In this document: positions 9,556 to 20,919 of the stretch, in pieces | How positions within the stretch are numbered: the stretch's first letter is position 1 | Layout of the letters: the number at the start of each line of letters is the position of its first letter | Source: an uncultured delta proteobacterium | Lineage (GTDB): Bacteria > Myxococcota > B64-G9 | Reading direction: 5' to 3' | Length of the DNA stretch: 64,000 nt | Assembly (NCBI GenBank): GCA_963754925.1 | Contig: CAVWHX010000009.1 | Span: 96,001 to 160,000 of the forward strand | Made by a program: the position numbers and the translations under genes | Notes under the pieces: model-generated | The model's input: only the letters and a program-made list of their open reading frames with translations | Told to the model about the DNA's origin: nothing | Database searches by the model: none

Positions 9556-10293
9556 TTGAAAAAAATATTGGTATTGCTCTATCAGCCATATAAGTACCTT
9601 GTCTATATTCCTTTTCTGGTTTGTTCCACGTTGATATTCGGCGCAATCGCGACAATATTAGCCACTTTTGTAAATCAGAAGATCGGAAGCTTTATCGGAG
9701 GTGCTGTATGGTCGCGGCTGAACGGTTATATGACCCCCATTTTTGTAAAGGTCATTGGAAAAGAAAATATCGATAAGAGGCAATCCTACGTTATTGTATC
9801 AAACCACCAGAGCCATTTTGATATCTTTGTTTTGTATGGCTGGATCGGCGTTGATTTCAAGTGGGTGCTCAAACAGGAGCTTCGAAAAATTCCGGGCTTA
9901 GGGATCGGATGCGAGAAGGTAGGGCATATATTCATCGACCGGTCGAACCATGAAAAAGCCATTGCATCCATCAATGCGGCGAAGCAGAAGATCGTAAACG
10001 GCACCTCGGTACTTTTTTTTCCTGAAGGAACTAGATCGAAATCCGGGAGGTTGGGGGAGTTTAAGAAGGGCGCGTTTATTTTTGCAATTGATATCGGTGT
10101 GCCGATCCTGCCGGTAACGGTGATAAATACCGGCAGGATACTGCCGCCCCATACCTTGAACCTTTTACCGGGCAGGGCAAAGCTCATAATTCATAAAAAG
10201 ATGGATGTAACTGGCTACCGTGCCGAAAACATAAACGAGTTTTTGAGCAAGGCCAGGGAGACCATTCAGTCGGGGCTGGACCGCTACTCCTGA
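9556..10293 (+). CDS. plsC: 1-acyl-sn-glycerol-3-phosphate acyltransferase
   Basis: NHQSHFD, FIDR and FPEGTRS motifs; TTG start after GGAG. Confidence 0.88.
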   Translation: MKKILVLLYQPYKYLVYIPFLVCSTLIFGAIATILATFVNQKIGSFIGGAVWSRLNGYMTPIFVKVIGKENIDKRQSYVIVSNHQSHFDIFVLYGWIGVDFKWVLKQELRKIPGLGIGCEKVGHIFIDRSNHEKAIASINAAKQKIVNGTSVLFFPEGTRSKSGRLGEFKKGAFIFAIDIGVPILPVTVINTGRILPPHTLNLLPGRAKLIIHKKMDVTGYRAENINEFLSKARETIQSGLDRYS

Positions 10294-10328
10294 TGGGGGT
10301 ATTTGGAAGGAATAGTCGGCCAGAGATA

Positions 10329-10691
10329 CTACTTTTCCGACGATTCGAACACGCCGATCACGCCGCCGGTGGGGTCGGCTAGCACGGCGAAGGCGCCCAT
10401 CTCCGGAATCGGCGTCTTGTCCATAAGGATCTTTCCGCCGAGTTTGCGAGCTTTAGAGACGGTCTCTTCGACGCTGTCCACCATTACGTACGTGAGCCAT
10501 GCCGTTGGCATTTTCGGATTCGGTTTCTTCATGAGCCCGCCGCCCGGATCCTCACCTGTTTTGATCATGGTGTAGGCGCCCTCGGGCATGGGCAGGTCCT
10601 CAAAGGTCCAACTGAAGAGCTTGCCGTAAAAGGCCTTGGCTTTCGCAGGGTCATCTGTACTGAGCTCTACATGACAGAATGTATTTTTCAT
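10329..10691 (-). CDS. VOC/glyoxalase family protein
   Basis: MKNTFCHVELSTDDPAKAKAFYGKLFSW...ADPTGGVIGV; AAGGAG RBS before ATG 10691. Confidence 0.88.
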   Translation of the reverse strand: MKNTFCHVELSTDDPAKAKAFYGKLFSWTFEDLPMPEGAYTMIKTGEDPGGGLMKKPNPKMPTAWLTYVMVDSVEETVSKARKLGGKILMDKTPIPEMGAFAVLADPTGGVIGVFESSEK

Positions 10692-10840
10692 TTTCTTGCT
10701 CCTTCGTCGCAAAGGGGACACGAGATCCCCGCACTGGTTTGAAATAGGAACGTATGTACGAACTCGGAACGTGTCAACGCGCTGGAGAAAACCAACATGA
10801 GAATTCTATGAGGGCTCCGTCATGAGGGAGAATTGGATTT

Positions 10841-11890
10841 TCAAAGAAATAGAATCTCTCCCGGCTGAATTATTTTGAGCTCCGCATCAAGCATTTTGGT
10901 TGAAGATAGTTCCTTGATACGCCGGAGTGGTTCGCCCGGCGGTTCGTCCGAAAGGTCAAAGGTGCCGTAGTGCATGGGAATAAAAACCTTGGCCTTGAGG
11001 TCATTGCTGGCTTTGGCAGCGTCGTCCGGCGACATATGGTTTTGCTTCATGATGTAATCGGGTTTGTAGGCGCCGATCGGCAGCAGCGCGATGTCTATGT
11101 TTGGGAAAAGCTTGGCTATCTGCGCAAAATGTGTCCCGTATGCCGAATCGCCGGCAAAATAAATGGTGCTGTTTTTGCCTTTGATAATGTAGCTGCCCCA
11201 AAGCACATGGTTTCTGTCATTGAGAGAACGCGCCGACCAGTGCCGCGCCGGAAGGAAATAAACCTCCGGGCCGTCGGTATGGTATTTTTGAAACCACCCG
11301 GCCTCTTCAACGGTTAGCGACGGATTGAAACCTCTCACGAGCCCACCCATGCGCAGCGGCAGCAGCGCCTTTGTCCCGGACAACTTGCTGTTTCTGATAG
11401 TGTATTTGTCGAGATGGTCGAAGTGCGTGTGCGATACCAGAAGATAATCAATCCCTTTTATATCTGTTACCTCAATCGCCCTATCGCATTTCCTCGTATT
11501 AAAAGTGGTATCGCCGACCACGGGGTCCAGCAGCAGGGTTTTTCCATCTATCCGTATAAGAAACGATGACTGGCCAAGCCAGACGATCATGTCTTCCTTC
11601 ATGCCGAATATTTGCGGTGCTCGGAGAACGGTGAGCCGGTAAGGATCGTTCTTCTTTTCCTCAGACTGCGGATTTGAAGAAAAAAGCCTCCATTGTATGA
11701 CTCGTGCGAATGAAAGGTCCATCTCGTAGTCGGGATCGCGGAACACGTTACCGTCACGGATATTCCCCGGATAACCTTCAAGAACCACCGGAAGCTTTTC
11801 ATTCCCGACATAGGTGACTGCAGCTTTTCTTTCAGACATGGTCGCACACGCCATAATTGCGGTTGATAAAATAATGATGAGCCATTTCAA
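10841..11890 (-). CDS. MBL-fold metallohydrolase (NAPE-PLD/RomA-like), probable lipoprotein
   Basis: SHTHFDHLD, PARHWSAR, FAGDS, PIGAY and PMHYGTF motifs; likely TTG start at 11890 giving MKWLIIILSTAIMAC (lipobox-like). Confidence 0.85.
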   Translation of the reverse strand: MKWLIIILSTAIMACATMSERKAAVTYVGNEKLPVVLEGYPGNIRDGNVFRDPDYEMDLSFARVIQWRLFSSNPQSEEKKNDPYRLTVLRAPQIFGMKEDMIVWLGQSSFLIRIDGKTLLLDPVVGDTTFNTRKCDRAIEVTDIKGIDYLLVSHTHFDHLDKYTIRNSKLSGTKALLPLRMGGLVRGFNPSLTVEEAGWFQKYHTDGPEVYFLPARHWSARSLNDRNHVLWGSYIIKGKNSTIYFAGDSAYGTHFAQIAKLFPNIDIALLPIGAYKPDYIMKQNHMSPDDAAKASNDLKAKVFIPMHYGTFDLSDEPPGEPLRRIKELSSTKMLDAELKIIQPGEILFL

Positions 11891-11912
11891 GGCAAACCCC
11901 GTGGGTGGTCGA

Positions 11913-12273
11913 TTAGCTCCGTCGCAATTCGTTTCCGACGGAGAACGCGTCGCCAAGTTTGTCGCCGATAGAATAATACGCCATACTACCGAATGAACCA
12001 AACAGCATTGGTCGCACCTTCTCGATGTCTGGAATTTGATTGGGATTGAGAACCTCGCTATCGGCGACCATTCCGACAATTTCCCCAATGAACATGGTAT
12101 GCAGGCCGAGATCGACCTGCTTGACCAGATTGCATTCAAGCGCATAGGGAAATTCTTTTAATTCCTCCCCAGGCGGCATTCATGATATTGGGCCTGCCAT
12201 CGGAGCCATACGTTCCTATGATGAGCACCGGAGAGGGGAGCAATATCGTTTGTGGTTGAAGGACGAGTTTCAT
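11913..12273 (-). pseudogene. Flavin reductase (DIM6/NTAB-like) with internal deletion and frameshift
   Basis: N-terminus MKLVLQPQTILLPSPVLIIGTYGSDGRPNIMNAAWGG joins out of frame to the C-terminus KEFPYALECNLVKQVDLGLHTMFIGEIV; the central part is missing. Confidence 0.75.
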
Positions 12274-12346
12274 ACGTATCTCCTGGTATCGTGGTCGGCT
12301 ATCGCGAAGGCCTAGGTACCGGTTTTTTGCATCGCCAGGGCGGATC

Positions 12347-14674
12347 TCAGCTGCCCTGCGCATTCTCCAATACCTCTCGAATCTTGGCAGACAGATCCCC
12401 AGCGCTGAATGGTTTCTGAATGAAGGACACCCCGGTCTCCAGCACACCGTGGTGGGCGATGATATCGGCTGTGTAACCCGACATGAATAGGCACCTAACT
12501 CCCGGGTAAAGGGACAGCACGTTCTTCGCCAGGTCGCGGCCGTTCATTTCGGGCATCACAACGTCGCTCAGGAGCAGGTGGATGTCACCCAGGTGCTCAC
12601 GAGCAACGCGGATCGCTTCACCTGGAGTGCGCGTCGCCAACACGCGGTATCCGAGCTCCTTGAGCAGTCTCGTGATCAACCTCAAGATCGCAGACTCGTC
12701 CTCCACTACCAGGATGGTCTCACGGCCCGACCGTGTCGGACGTGCTTGCTCTGCCCCCGCCTGGGCGGCCTTGGACACGTACCGGGGCAGGTAGATCGTA
12801 AACGTCGTGCCCTGCTGCGGCGCACTGGTGACGGTGATAATGCCGTTGTTCTGCTTGACGATTCCATACACCGTAGCCAGCCCGAGTCCAGTGCCCTTGC
12901 CCCCGCTTTTGGTGGTGAAGAACGGCTCGAAGATGCGCTTCTGCGTCTCTGCGTCCATGCCGCAACCGTTATCGCTCATGCACACCTGCACGTAGTCCCC
13001 GAGCACGAACCCCGGGTTACTGGTGCAGAAATTCTCATCGATGCTTCGGTTGGAAGTCTCGATGCTGACCGTGCCAATGTCGGCGATGGCGTCACGCGCG
13101 TTGACGCACAGATTGGTCAATATCTGGTCAACCTGGGAAGGGTCTATGAGGACCGGCCACAGGCCCGACCCCGGGTGCCAGGAGAGCGCGAGGTTCTCGC
13201 CCAGAATCCGACGGAGAATCTTGAGCAGGCCCCCAATAGACTCGTTCAGGTCGAGCGCCCGGGGGGCGATCGTCTGTCTGCGTGCAAACGCCAGCAGTTG
13301 TTGCGTAAGTTCCGCCGAACGGTTGGCTGCCGTGCGGATGTCGGTCAGGTCGCCATAGAGCGAGAGAGACGGGTCCACCGTCCCGATGGCATGCTGCACA
13401 CTCATCTGGATGATGCTGAGCATGTTGTTGAAATCGTGTGCCACTCCGCCCGCGAGACGTCCGATCGACTCCATCTTCTGGGATTGGCGGAGCTGGTTTT
13501 CGAGATCCTCCTTTTGTGCCCGCGCCCGCTCACGCTCCGTGACATCTCTGGCTACGCCGAGAATATGTGGCACGTTGCCTATGAACAGGTTGTTGATGGA
13601 GAGCGAGACCCGGATCCGATCGCCGTTCTTGTTCCTGCCCCACATTTCCAGGTCCTTCACGAACCCCTTTTCCTTGAGCTGGGAGAGCAAGCGAGTTCGA
13701 TCACTTGGGTCTTCGTACAGATTCAGATCCAGAGACGTCTTCCCGATAGCTTCATCGCGCTCGTAGCCAAAAACACTGACGAATTGGTTGTTGATATCGA
13801 CGACCCGGCCTTCGTCGCGAGCGGCAATGTAGATCGCATCCAGGCCGGTCATAAACGCCTTTTTGAACTTCTCCTCGCTCACGCTGAGCGCCTCCTCGGC
13901 CCGTACGCGCTCGGTGACGTCGAGCATGGATCCTATCATCCGTATGGCGTTACCTCGATCATCGCGCAGCACATAGCCGCGATCGAGGACCTCAGCCCAG
14001 CTTCCGTCAGCCTTTTGAAATCGATATTCGTCATGCCATCGGTCTTGCGCCGGGTCGTTCACCACGGCGAAGAAATTCCGATCTACCCTGTCCCGGTCGT
14101 CCGGGTGGACGCGCTCCACCCACCAGGCAGCATTCTGCGGCTGCGTTACAATATCGGTCCAACCAAAAACCTCCGTTCCGGATTCATTCCATTGTTGCGC
14201 GTCAGCAACAATATCCCAGTCCCAGATTACCTCTCTCGTGGCTTTGCTCGCCAGCCGTAGTCGCTCGGACATCTCTCGGTATGCCGCTTCTGCACGCACG
14301 CGCTCGGAAATGTCGCGAACGACGCTCAGCAAGATGCGCTCGCCGCCGAGTGTCGCGCCCCGCGAGCTCACCTCGACGGGGAAGGTGGTCCCGTTTTTCC
14401 TCCGGTGAACGGTTTCGAACCGCGTCCCGGCGGCGTCAGCCAAGGCCATCTGGCCTGTGATCGCGCCCTGGGTCTCCGGAGCGCGAAGCTTCCGGACTGA
14501 GAGAGAGAGCAACTCTTCGCGGCTGTAACCGTAGGCGCTGAGGGCGGCGGCGTTGGCGCCAAGGATGCAGGTATCGTGTGGCGCGACGAGGAGAACGATG
14601 TCCGGCAGGAACTCGATCAGCTCCTCGATGCGCTGCTGGCTCTGAGTCGTGCTCGTTTCACCATTGGACGGCAT
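12347..14674 (-). CDS. Multi-PAS hybrid sensor histidine kinase/response regulator
   Basis: Three PAS domains, AHDFNNML H-box, GTGLGL G2 box, C-terminal receiver (LLLSDVVMP); RBS before MPSNGET. Confidence 0.92.
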   Translation of the reverse strand: MPSNGETSTTQSQQRIEELIEFLPDIVLLVAPHDTCILGANAAALSAYGYSREELLSLSVRKLRAPETQGAITGQMALADAAGTRFETVHRRKNGTTFPVEVSSRGATLGGERILLSVVRDISERVRAEAAYREMSERLRLASKATREVIWDWDIVADAQQWNESGTEVFGWTDIVTQPQNAAWWVERVHPDDRDRVDRNFFAVVNDPAQDRWHDEYRFQKADGSWAEVLDRGYVLRDDRGNAIRMIGSMLDVTERVRAEEALSVSEEKFKKAFMTGLDAIYIAARDEGRVVDINNQFVSVFGYERDEAIGKTSLDLNLYEDPSDRTRLLSQLKEKGFVKDLEMWGRNKNGDRIRVSLSINNLFIGNVPHILGVARDVTERERARAQKEDLENQLRQSQKMESIGRLAGGVAHDFNNMLSIIQMSVQHAIGTVDPSLSLYGDLTDIRTAANRSAELTQQLLAFARRQTIAPRALDLNESIGGLLKILRRILGENLALSWHPGSGLWPVLIDPSQVDQILTNLCVNARDAIADIGTVSIETSNRSIDENFCTSNPGFVLGDYVQVCMSDNGCGMDAETQKRIFEPFFTTKSGGKGTGLGLATVYGIVKQNNGIITVTSAPQQGTTFTIYLPRYVSKAAQAGAEQARPTRSGRETILVVEDESAILRLITRLLKELGYRVLATRTPGEAIRVAREHLGDIHLLLSDVVMPEMNGRDLAKNVLSLYPGVRCLFMSGYTADIIAHHGVLETGVSFIQKPFSAGDLSAKIREVLENAQGS

Positions 14675-14987
14675 GCAAACTCCCCCTTTGAGTTTGGCCG
14701 AGCACGCCAGCCTCACGACGTTGCGAGGCAGCGATCTCCAAGAATTATACGTCATGAGCGTGACGTTTACCAAAAGATACTGTTCGAATGAAATAACGAG
14801 TTATCAGCCAGGGACAGACCCCCGCCTCGCTCCCATTCGGTCGCGATCCGGTAAGAACGTGTTTGAGTCCTTGTCCCTACGGGCCAAGGATAATAACTTC
14901 TAACTGCCTCACTTCCTTCCAGTCGTGAGTCGGTAAGAAGTTATTATCAAATTGCATTAACCTTGCTCTTTCGTTAATATCGGGATC

Positions 14988-15899
14988 ATGAATGACTCGA
15001 TCATCGTTGTGGCGGGAGCTACCGGTAATCTCGGCGGACGCATCGCGAGAGCTTTGCGCGAACGGGGAGCCAGCGTACGAGCGCTTGTTCGCCACGGCAC
15101 AGCGCGAGAGAAAATTGAGCAACTGCAGGAGCTCGGCGTAGCGATTGCCCGTGTCGACTTGAGCAGCGCTTCCGAAGTGACACCGGCATGCTCGGGTGCG
15201 TCCTGCGTGGTGTCCGCGCTGCAGGGATTGCGGAACGTAATCGTGGAAACGCAAACGGCTCTACTCGACGCCGCGATCAAGGCCAACGTGCTCCGTTTCA
15301 TTCCGTCCGACTACTCGATCGATTTCACCAAGTTTCCACCCGGAGAGAATCGCAATCTCGATCTGCGCCGAGACTTCCACCAGCGCCTGGACAAGACTTC
15401 GATTTCAGCAACCACGATCTTCAATGGTGCGTTTACCGATATGCTGACCGGTCAGATGCCGCTCATTCTCTTCAAACTGAAACGAGTCCTCTATTGGGGA
15501 GATGCCGACCAGCGCATGGACTTCACGACGATGGACGACACGGCTGCATTCACGGCAAGCGCGGCTCTTGATCCGTCCACCCCTCGCATGCTACGAATCG
15601 CTGGCGATCAACTCAGCGCCCGGGAGCTGACAGCGGTCGCTCGTGAGGTAACCGGAAAGAAGTTCCGCCTGTTTCGCGCCGGAGGTCTGGGAATGCTCGG
15701 CACGCTTATCAAGGTCGCGCGCACGGTCGCGCCCGGAGAAAAGGACCTTTTTCCGGCATGGCAGGGCATGCAGTACATGCGGAACATGTTCGACGGCCGG
15801 GCAAAGCTAGAGCCGCTCGACAATGATCGATATCTCCGCATGCGTTGGACGACTGCGCGGGACGTGCTCTCAGCGCATCAAGTAAGGCGCCCATCGTAA
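14988..15899 (+). CDS. NmrA-family NAD(P)-binding protein
   Basis: VAGATGNLG Rossmann motif; RFIPSDY. Confidence 0.85.
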   Translation: MNDSIIVVAGATGNLGGRIARALRERGASVRALVRHGTAREKIEQLQELGVAIARVDLSSASEVTPACSGASCVVSALQGLRNVIVETQTALLDAAIKANVLRFIPSDYSIDFTKFPPGENRNLDLRRDFHQRLDKTSISATTIFNGAFTDMLTGQMPLILFKLKRVLYWGDADQRMDFTTMDDTAAFTASAALDPSTPRMLRIAGDQLSARELTAVAREVTGKKFRLFRAGGLGMLGTLIKVARTVAPGEKDLFPAWQGMQYMRNMFDGRAKLEPLDNDRYLRMRWTTARDVLSAHQVRRPS

Positions 15900-16061
15900 A
15901 TTCTGTTGCCAGCTTTCGCATCGAGAGGATCAGGTCAACGATTCGTATCTTTAGGCAATAATTTCTCCGCGGCGCTTGTTATATTGCAGGGTGCGCTCAC
16001 CGAGGGTGAGCGCGGGAGCGACTTGGGTATCAGTGAATATTGTATATAGGAGGATAAATCC

Positions 16062-17120
16062 ATGTTAAACGCGAAAGCTTACTCCGCTGCCGGTGAGAGA
16101 TCGCCGCTTGCCCCCACCACGATCGCGCGGCGCGATCCGACCAAACACGACGTTCAGATCGAAATCCTCTTCTGCGGCATCTGCCACTCCGATCTCCACC
16201 AAGTCCGTAACGAATGGGCCAACCTCATGCCCACGGTCTACCCGATTGTCCCGGGCCATGAGATCGTCGGCCGTGTCACCAAGGTCGGCTCGGCGGTCAC
16301 CGCGTTCAAGCCCGGTGACCTCGCCGCGGTCGGCTGCATGGTCGACTCGGACGGTACCTGCGACCATTGCAAAGCCGGCTTTGAGCAGTTCTGCCCGACC
16401 ATGACCCTCACCTTCAACTCCCCGGACAAACACCTCGGGGGCGTCACCTATGGCGGCTACTCCGATAGCGTGGTCGTCAATGAACGCTTTGTCCTGCACG
16501 TCCCCTCCAACCTCGCTCTCGCCGGTGCCGCGCCACTCCTCTGCGCCGGGATCACGACCTACTCGCCCATGCGCCGCTGGGGCGTCGCACAGGGCAAGAA
16601 CGTCGGCGTGGTTGGTCTTGGCGGACTGGGGCACATGGGCGTAAAGTTTGCTCATGCGTTTGGAGCCCACGTCGTCGTCTTCACCACCTCGCCCGGCAAG
16701 AAGGAAGACGCGCTCCGCCTCGGCGCCGACGAAGTCGTCGTCTCCCGCGATGCCAACGAGATGCGGAAGCACGCCGGTAGCTTCGACTTCATCCTCGACG
16801 CCGTCGCCGCCGATCACGACATCAACGCCTATATCAACCTGCTCCGCCGCGACGGCACCTTGACCCTGGTCGGCGCGCCGGCGAAGCCTCTCGCGGTCGC
16901 TGCCTTCGGCCTTCTGTTCGGACGTCGCAATCTCTCCGGCTCGCTCATAGGCGGCATCGCTGAAACCCAGGAGATGCTCGACTTTTGCGGGGCACAGAGC
17001 ATCACCGCCGATGTCGAAGTCATCCCCATCCAGAAGGTCAATGAAGCCTACGAAAGAATGCTCAAGTCCGATGTGAAGTACCGCTTCTCCATCGACATGG
17101 CTTCTCTCAGATCTCAATAA
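16062..17120 (+). CDS. Zn-dependent NAD(P)H alcohol/aldehyde dehydrogenase (CAD family)
   Basis: CGICHSD, GHEIVG, structural Zn cysteines, LLCAGITTYSP, GLGGLG. Confidence 0.93.
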   Translation: MLNAKAYSAAGERSPLAPTTIARRDPTKHDVQIEILFCGICHSDLHQVRNEWANLMPTVYPIVPGHEIVGRVTKVGSAVTAFKPGDLAAVGCMVDSDGTCDHCKAGFEQFCPTMTLTFNSPDKHLGGVTYGGYSDSVVVNERFVLHVPSNLALAGAAPLLCAGITTYSPMRRWGVAQGKNVGVVGLGGLGHMGVKFAHAFGAHVVVFTTSPGKKEDALRLGADEVVVSRDANEMRKHAGSFDFILDAVAADHDINAYINLLRRDGTLTLVGAPAKPLAVAAFGLLFGRRNLSGSLIGGIAETQEMLDFCGAQSITADVEVIPIQKVNEAYERMLKSDVKYRFSIDMASLRSQ

Positions 17121-17129
17121 CTCGCGTGA

Positions 17130-18143
<1,014 letters not shown>

Positions 18144-18199
18144 CGGCATCGCCAGGGGCGGCGCTTTCCGAGAGACTCGCCTAAGGAGGTGCGTAGCTT

Positions 18200-18760
18200 T
18201 TACTCCCACACCCCGTGAAACTTACAATACGGCGCTCCCTCTGATACGCACTCAAGCTCCTTCATTTCTACGACTTTGAAACCGGTCATTTCGGCAACAC
18301 CATGAAAATAACCGCGCATCCCATTACAAAACGGCTTGCTCTGGGTAGGAAAATCCTTTATATAAACAAAGGCACTATTAGCGCTCTCCTTTTCCACTTC
18401 CAGCTTGCCATGCGTATGAACAAGACCCCACATTTTTGCGGAAGTTTTAAGCATGAAATTCACATTCAATAATTTTATTAATGGCATATAGAATTTTGAT
18501 ACGCTCTTTTTAGCTTGATAGAGTCCTAATTGATATAAAGTTTCTTCGGGCGAAGGAGCAAATTTATCAATCGCCAAAAAAATATTACGGTAGGTTTCTT
18601 CAGGGAACCAGGCGGTCGACAGAATTTCTTTATCAACTTCAGTCTTATCGCTATTACTAAGGCTATCGATAACTTTTTGCCAAATTTCGGCGCCGAACCG
18701 TTCAACAACAAACTCCCGGCTGGAAGTAACGCACCAAGCCTTAACCATCGGTTGATCCAT
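18200..18760 (-). CDS. DUF2378/TIGR02265-like protein with V4R-type C-terminus
   Basis: FVVERFG..W...; C...GYFHG...EC...GAPYCKF pattern. Confidence 0.6.
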   Translation of the reverse strand: MDQPMVKAWCVTSSREFVVERFGAEIWQKVIDSLSNSDKTEVDKEILSTAWFPEETYRNIFLAIDKFAPSPEETLYQLGLYQAKKSVSKFYMPLIKLLNVNFMLKTSAKMWGLVHTHGKLEVEKESANSAFVYIKDFPTQSKPFCNGMRGYFHGVAEMTGFKVVEMKELECVSEGAPYCKFHGVWE

Positions 18761-19086
18761 TGATATTTACCCCCATGGAAATTATTTGATCGCGCGTAGA
18801 TGATAAAAAAACCTTGAAAACTATTTCTATTGCCGGCTATTTCCAGACTCTGTGATACTTACGATAGGGATCGCATGCATAGGAAATTCAAACGCACTTT
18901 TGATCCCTTCACACTCTTCATTTCCAATAAAGCGTAGGACAGCGCTCTCTGAACTATAGTCCTATGTTTAACTCTCAAAACATCGCTGAGTCAACGATTG
19001 TGTCGGAGTAGGAATCATGATTGCCCACGCGCGGTTATGGCAGGCCCCGGTTTAGTTATTGGCGGGGACAGGGCCGCAGCAAGTGG

Positions 19087-19449
19087 TCAACCCGGAGGGG
19101 CTTTTTCTTCCTTTTCCTTCTTGGGCTTCTTTTCCTTAGGCGGCTTCGGGGCCTTGGGCTGGTCAGCCTCCTTAGCGGGCTTCCCCTCCTTAGCGGGCTT
19201 CCCCTCCTTAGCGGGCTTCTCCTCCTTGGCGGGCTTCTCGACCTGCTCGTTCTTGGGCGGCTCCCACTGTAGGGATTCGATGGATCGCTTGACCTTCCGA
19301 GCCTCGGCCAGAAGGTGACGCATCATCGAGTTTTTCTGGATGACCTTCTCATCCAGTCCTCTTTCCTTCAGAACCTTCTTGTGGGCCTCAACCTGGGCCT
19401 TCACCAGGTTCAGTCGGTTTTCCCGCGCTTCCAGTTTCCTACTATTCAT
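19087..19449 (-). CDS. Hypothetical basic protein with Lys/Glu/Pro repeat tail
   Basis: 120-aa ORF; GAGG RBS; coiled N-terminus then (E/G)KPAKE repeats. Confidence 0.7.
   Translation of the reverse strand: MNSRKLEARENRLNLVKAQVEAHKKVLKERGLDEKVIQKNSMMRHLLAEARKVKRSIESLQWEPPKNEQVEKPAKEEKPAKEGKPAKEGKPAKEADQPKAPKPPKEKKPKKEKEEKAPPG
19167..19238. repeat. 18-bp tandem repeat x4 (CCTCCTTRGCGGGCTTCY)
   Basis: Four consecutive copies, in frame within the 19087-19449 ORF. Confidence 0.95.
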
Positions 19450-19638
19450 GGGTGACCTCTCTCGCGAAATTATCGACGTTCAAAACGCCCCACCCTATGA
19501 TGATCCCGGTTAGCTTGTCAAAGCCTTCCTTCGTTAACAAAAATGCCCACCGAGGGGTGAGCATTGACTATTTTGTCCTTACCCTATGGGCCAAGGCTAC
19601 GGGACCATCAACTCGGAGTAGCACTTGGTATAGCTCCA

Positions 19639-20214
19639 TTATTTAAACAACTTCGGGATCAGCATCGGTGTTTTTCTTTTATATTCACGGTAGGTTTCGC
19701 CAAGACGTTTTTCCAGTTCAGGTTCTTCAATAAATTTAAATTCAAGAACACTGCAGACCACAAAGATCGGCGCAAAAACAAACAGCAGGGATAGAGATTC
19801 TATAATAAACCCAATTCCGAAGAGGATGAAAAATATACCTGTCAGCATCGGGTTTCTTGCGTAAGCGTAGGGGCCGGTATTGACAAGTTTGGGGGGTGGG
19901 TTGACAGGTACGGGGGTTCCCTTCGCTTTCATAAAATGCAGGACTGACCATATCCACAGAAAAGCGCCAATTATAAGCAGTGGTATGGAAAGAATATAAT
20001 CCCCGGGATATCGGACAGGTCCGGAAAAATTGAAAACCCCGTCGACCTTCAGCGCAAGAAATACCGTCAGTAAAACAACGGAAAGGAAAAGTGCGGCAAA
20101 GATAGGCGTAAAGATTATCCGTATATTCCGTGCCCCTGTTACCACCCGATAAATGAAATCTACGACGATTTTCATGTCCTGATGCCTAACGAGCTTGTCG
20201 AAAAACTCCGTCAA
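19639..20214 (-). CDS. Isoprenylcysteine carboxyl methyltransferase/PEMT family membrane protein
   Basis: GTPVP...LVNTGPYAYARNPM...EEPELEKRLGETYREY. Confidence 0.87.
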   Translation of the reverse strand: MTEFFDKLVRHQDMKIVVDFIYRVVTGARNIRIIFTPIFAALFLSVVLLTVFLALKVDGVFNFSGPVRYPGDYILSIPLLIIGAFLWIWSVLHFMKAKGTPVPVNPPPKLVNTGPYAYARNPMLTGIFFILFGIGFIIESLSLLFVFAPIFVVCSVLEFKFIEEPELEKRLGETYREYKRKTPMLIPKLFK

Positions 20215-20262
20215 TTGTTAAAACTATAAAATTTAGACCATCAAAACACAAGCCTCTGCTCG

Positions 20263-20616
20263 TCAGGGTTTTAAAGCAGCCTCGCCCTTCTTTATCCTGT
20301 CTCGCACGATCAGGTACCATGGGAATCCAATAATCCAAAGGCCGCAAAGCCCAATGAACAAAACCACCGGTCCGTACGATATGCCGGTCTTGTACTTCTT
20401 GAGGCCGATTCGGACTGAGTCACGAGACGCCCACAAGGCGGTTACTCCTATCATTAGGATTGTGAATACATGGTACGTTATTTTCCCGATCAGAACACCT
20501 TCTGCCTTCGACGCCGGTTTAGTAATGAAGACAATAACAATGCAGGTGAGAAAAATGGCTAGGAATTCGACCAGAAATATTCCGGCGGTAATCAACAGGG
20601 CCTTTATTACTCTCAT
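20263..20616 (-). CDS. Hypothetical membrane protein
   Basis: 117-aa hydrophobic ORF ending LWIIGFPWYLIVR. Confidence 0.65.
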   Translation of the reverse strand: MRVIKALLITAGIFLVEFLAIFLTCIVIVFITKPASKAEGVLIGKITYHVFTILMIGVTALWASRDSVRIGLKKYKTGISYGPVVLFIGLCGLWIIGFPWYLIVRDRIKKGEAALKP

Positions 20617-20890
20617 AAGTTATTTTCCCCCGATTGCCAACCTGCATACCAGTCATATTCCAAAAAGATCTTCCAAACAAATCTATGAGCGTTGTCGCCT
20701 CACTCCGAGTCTTATCGAGCTGCGAGAAGAAGCGCACGACGCCTATCCGGCCCGAGAAACGAGCAAAGTCAACGCCCAACTACGTTCCACTCAATCAGAT
20801 AATAGGCTCTCCGCATGCTCACGGTACGAGGCGAGTTTCATTTTGTTATTGCATTGGTTGGGATTAGTCAAACCGCAAGGCGTTGTTAAG

Positions 20891-20919
20891 AAAAAGGCCC
20901 ACCATCCGGTGGGCCTTCT
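20891..20919. terminator. Intrinsic terminator-like hairpin
   Basis: AAGGCCCACC-ATCC-GGTGGGCCTT flanked by an A-run. Confidence 0.6.

Noticed and set aside
12578..14260. 560-aa plus-strand ORF
   Set aside because: Antisense shadow of the GC-rich PAS kinase; no motifs.
15993..16013. GCGCTCACC-GAG-GGTGAGCGC hairpin before the ADH gene
   Set aside because: Single short stem with no U-tract or riboswitch features; function cannot be supported.
16065..17117. 350-aa ORF antisense to the alcohol dehydrogenase
   Set aside because: Codon-registered antisense shadow caused by GC3 bias.
19167..19238. Possible CRISPR array
   Set aside because: Contiguous 18-bp coding tandem repeat with no spacers.
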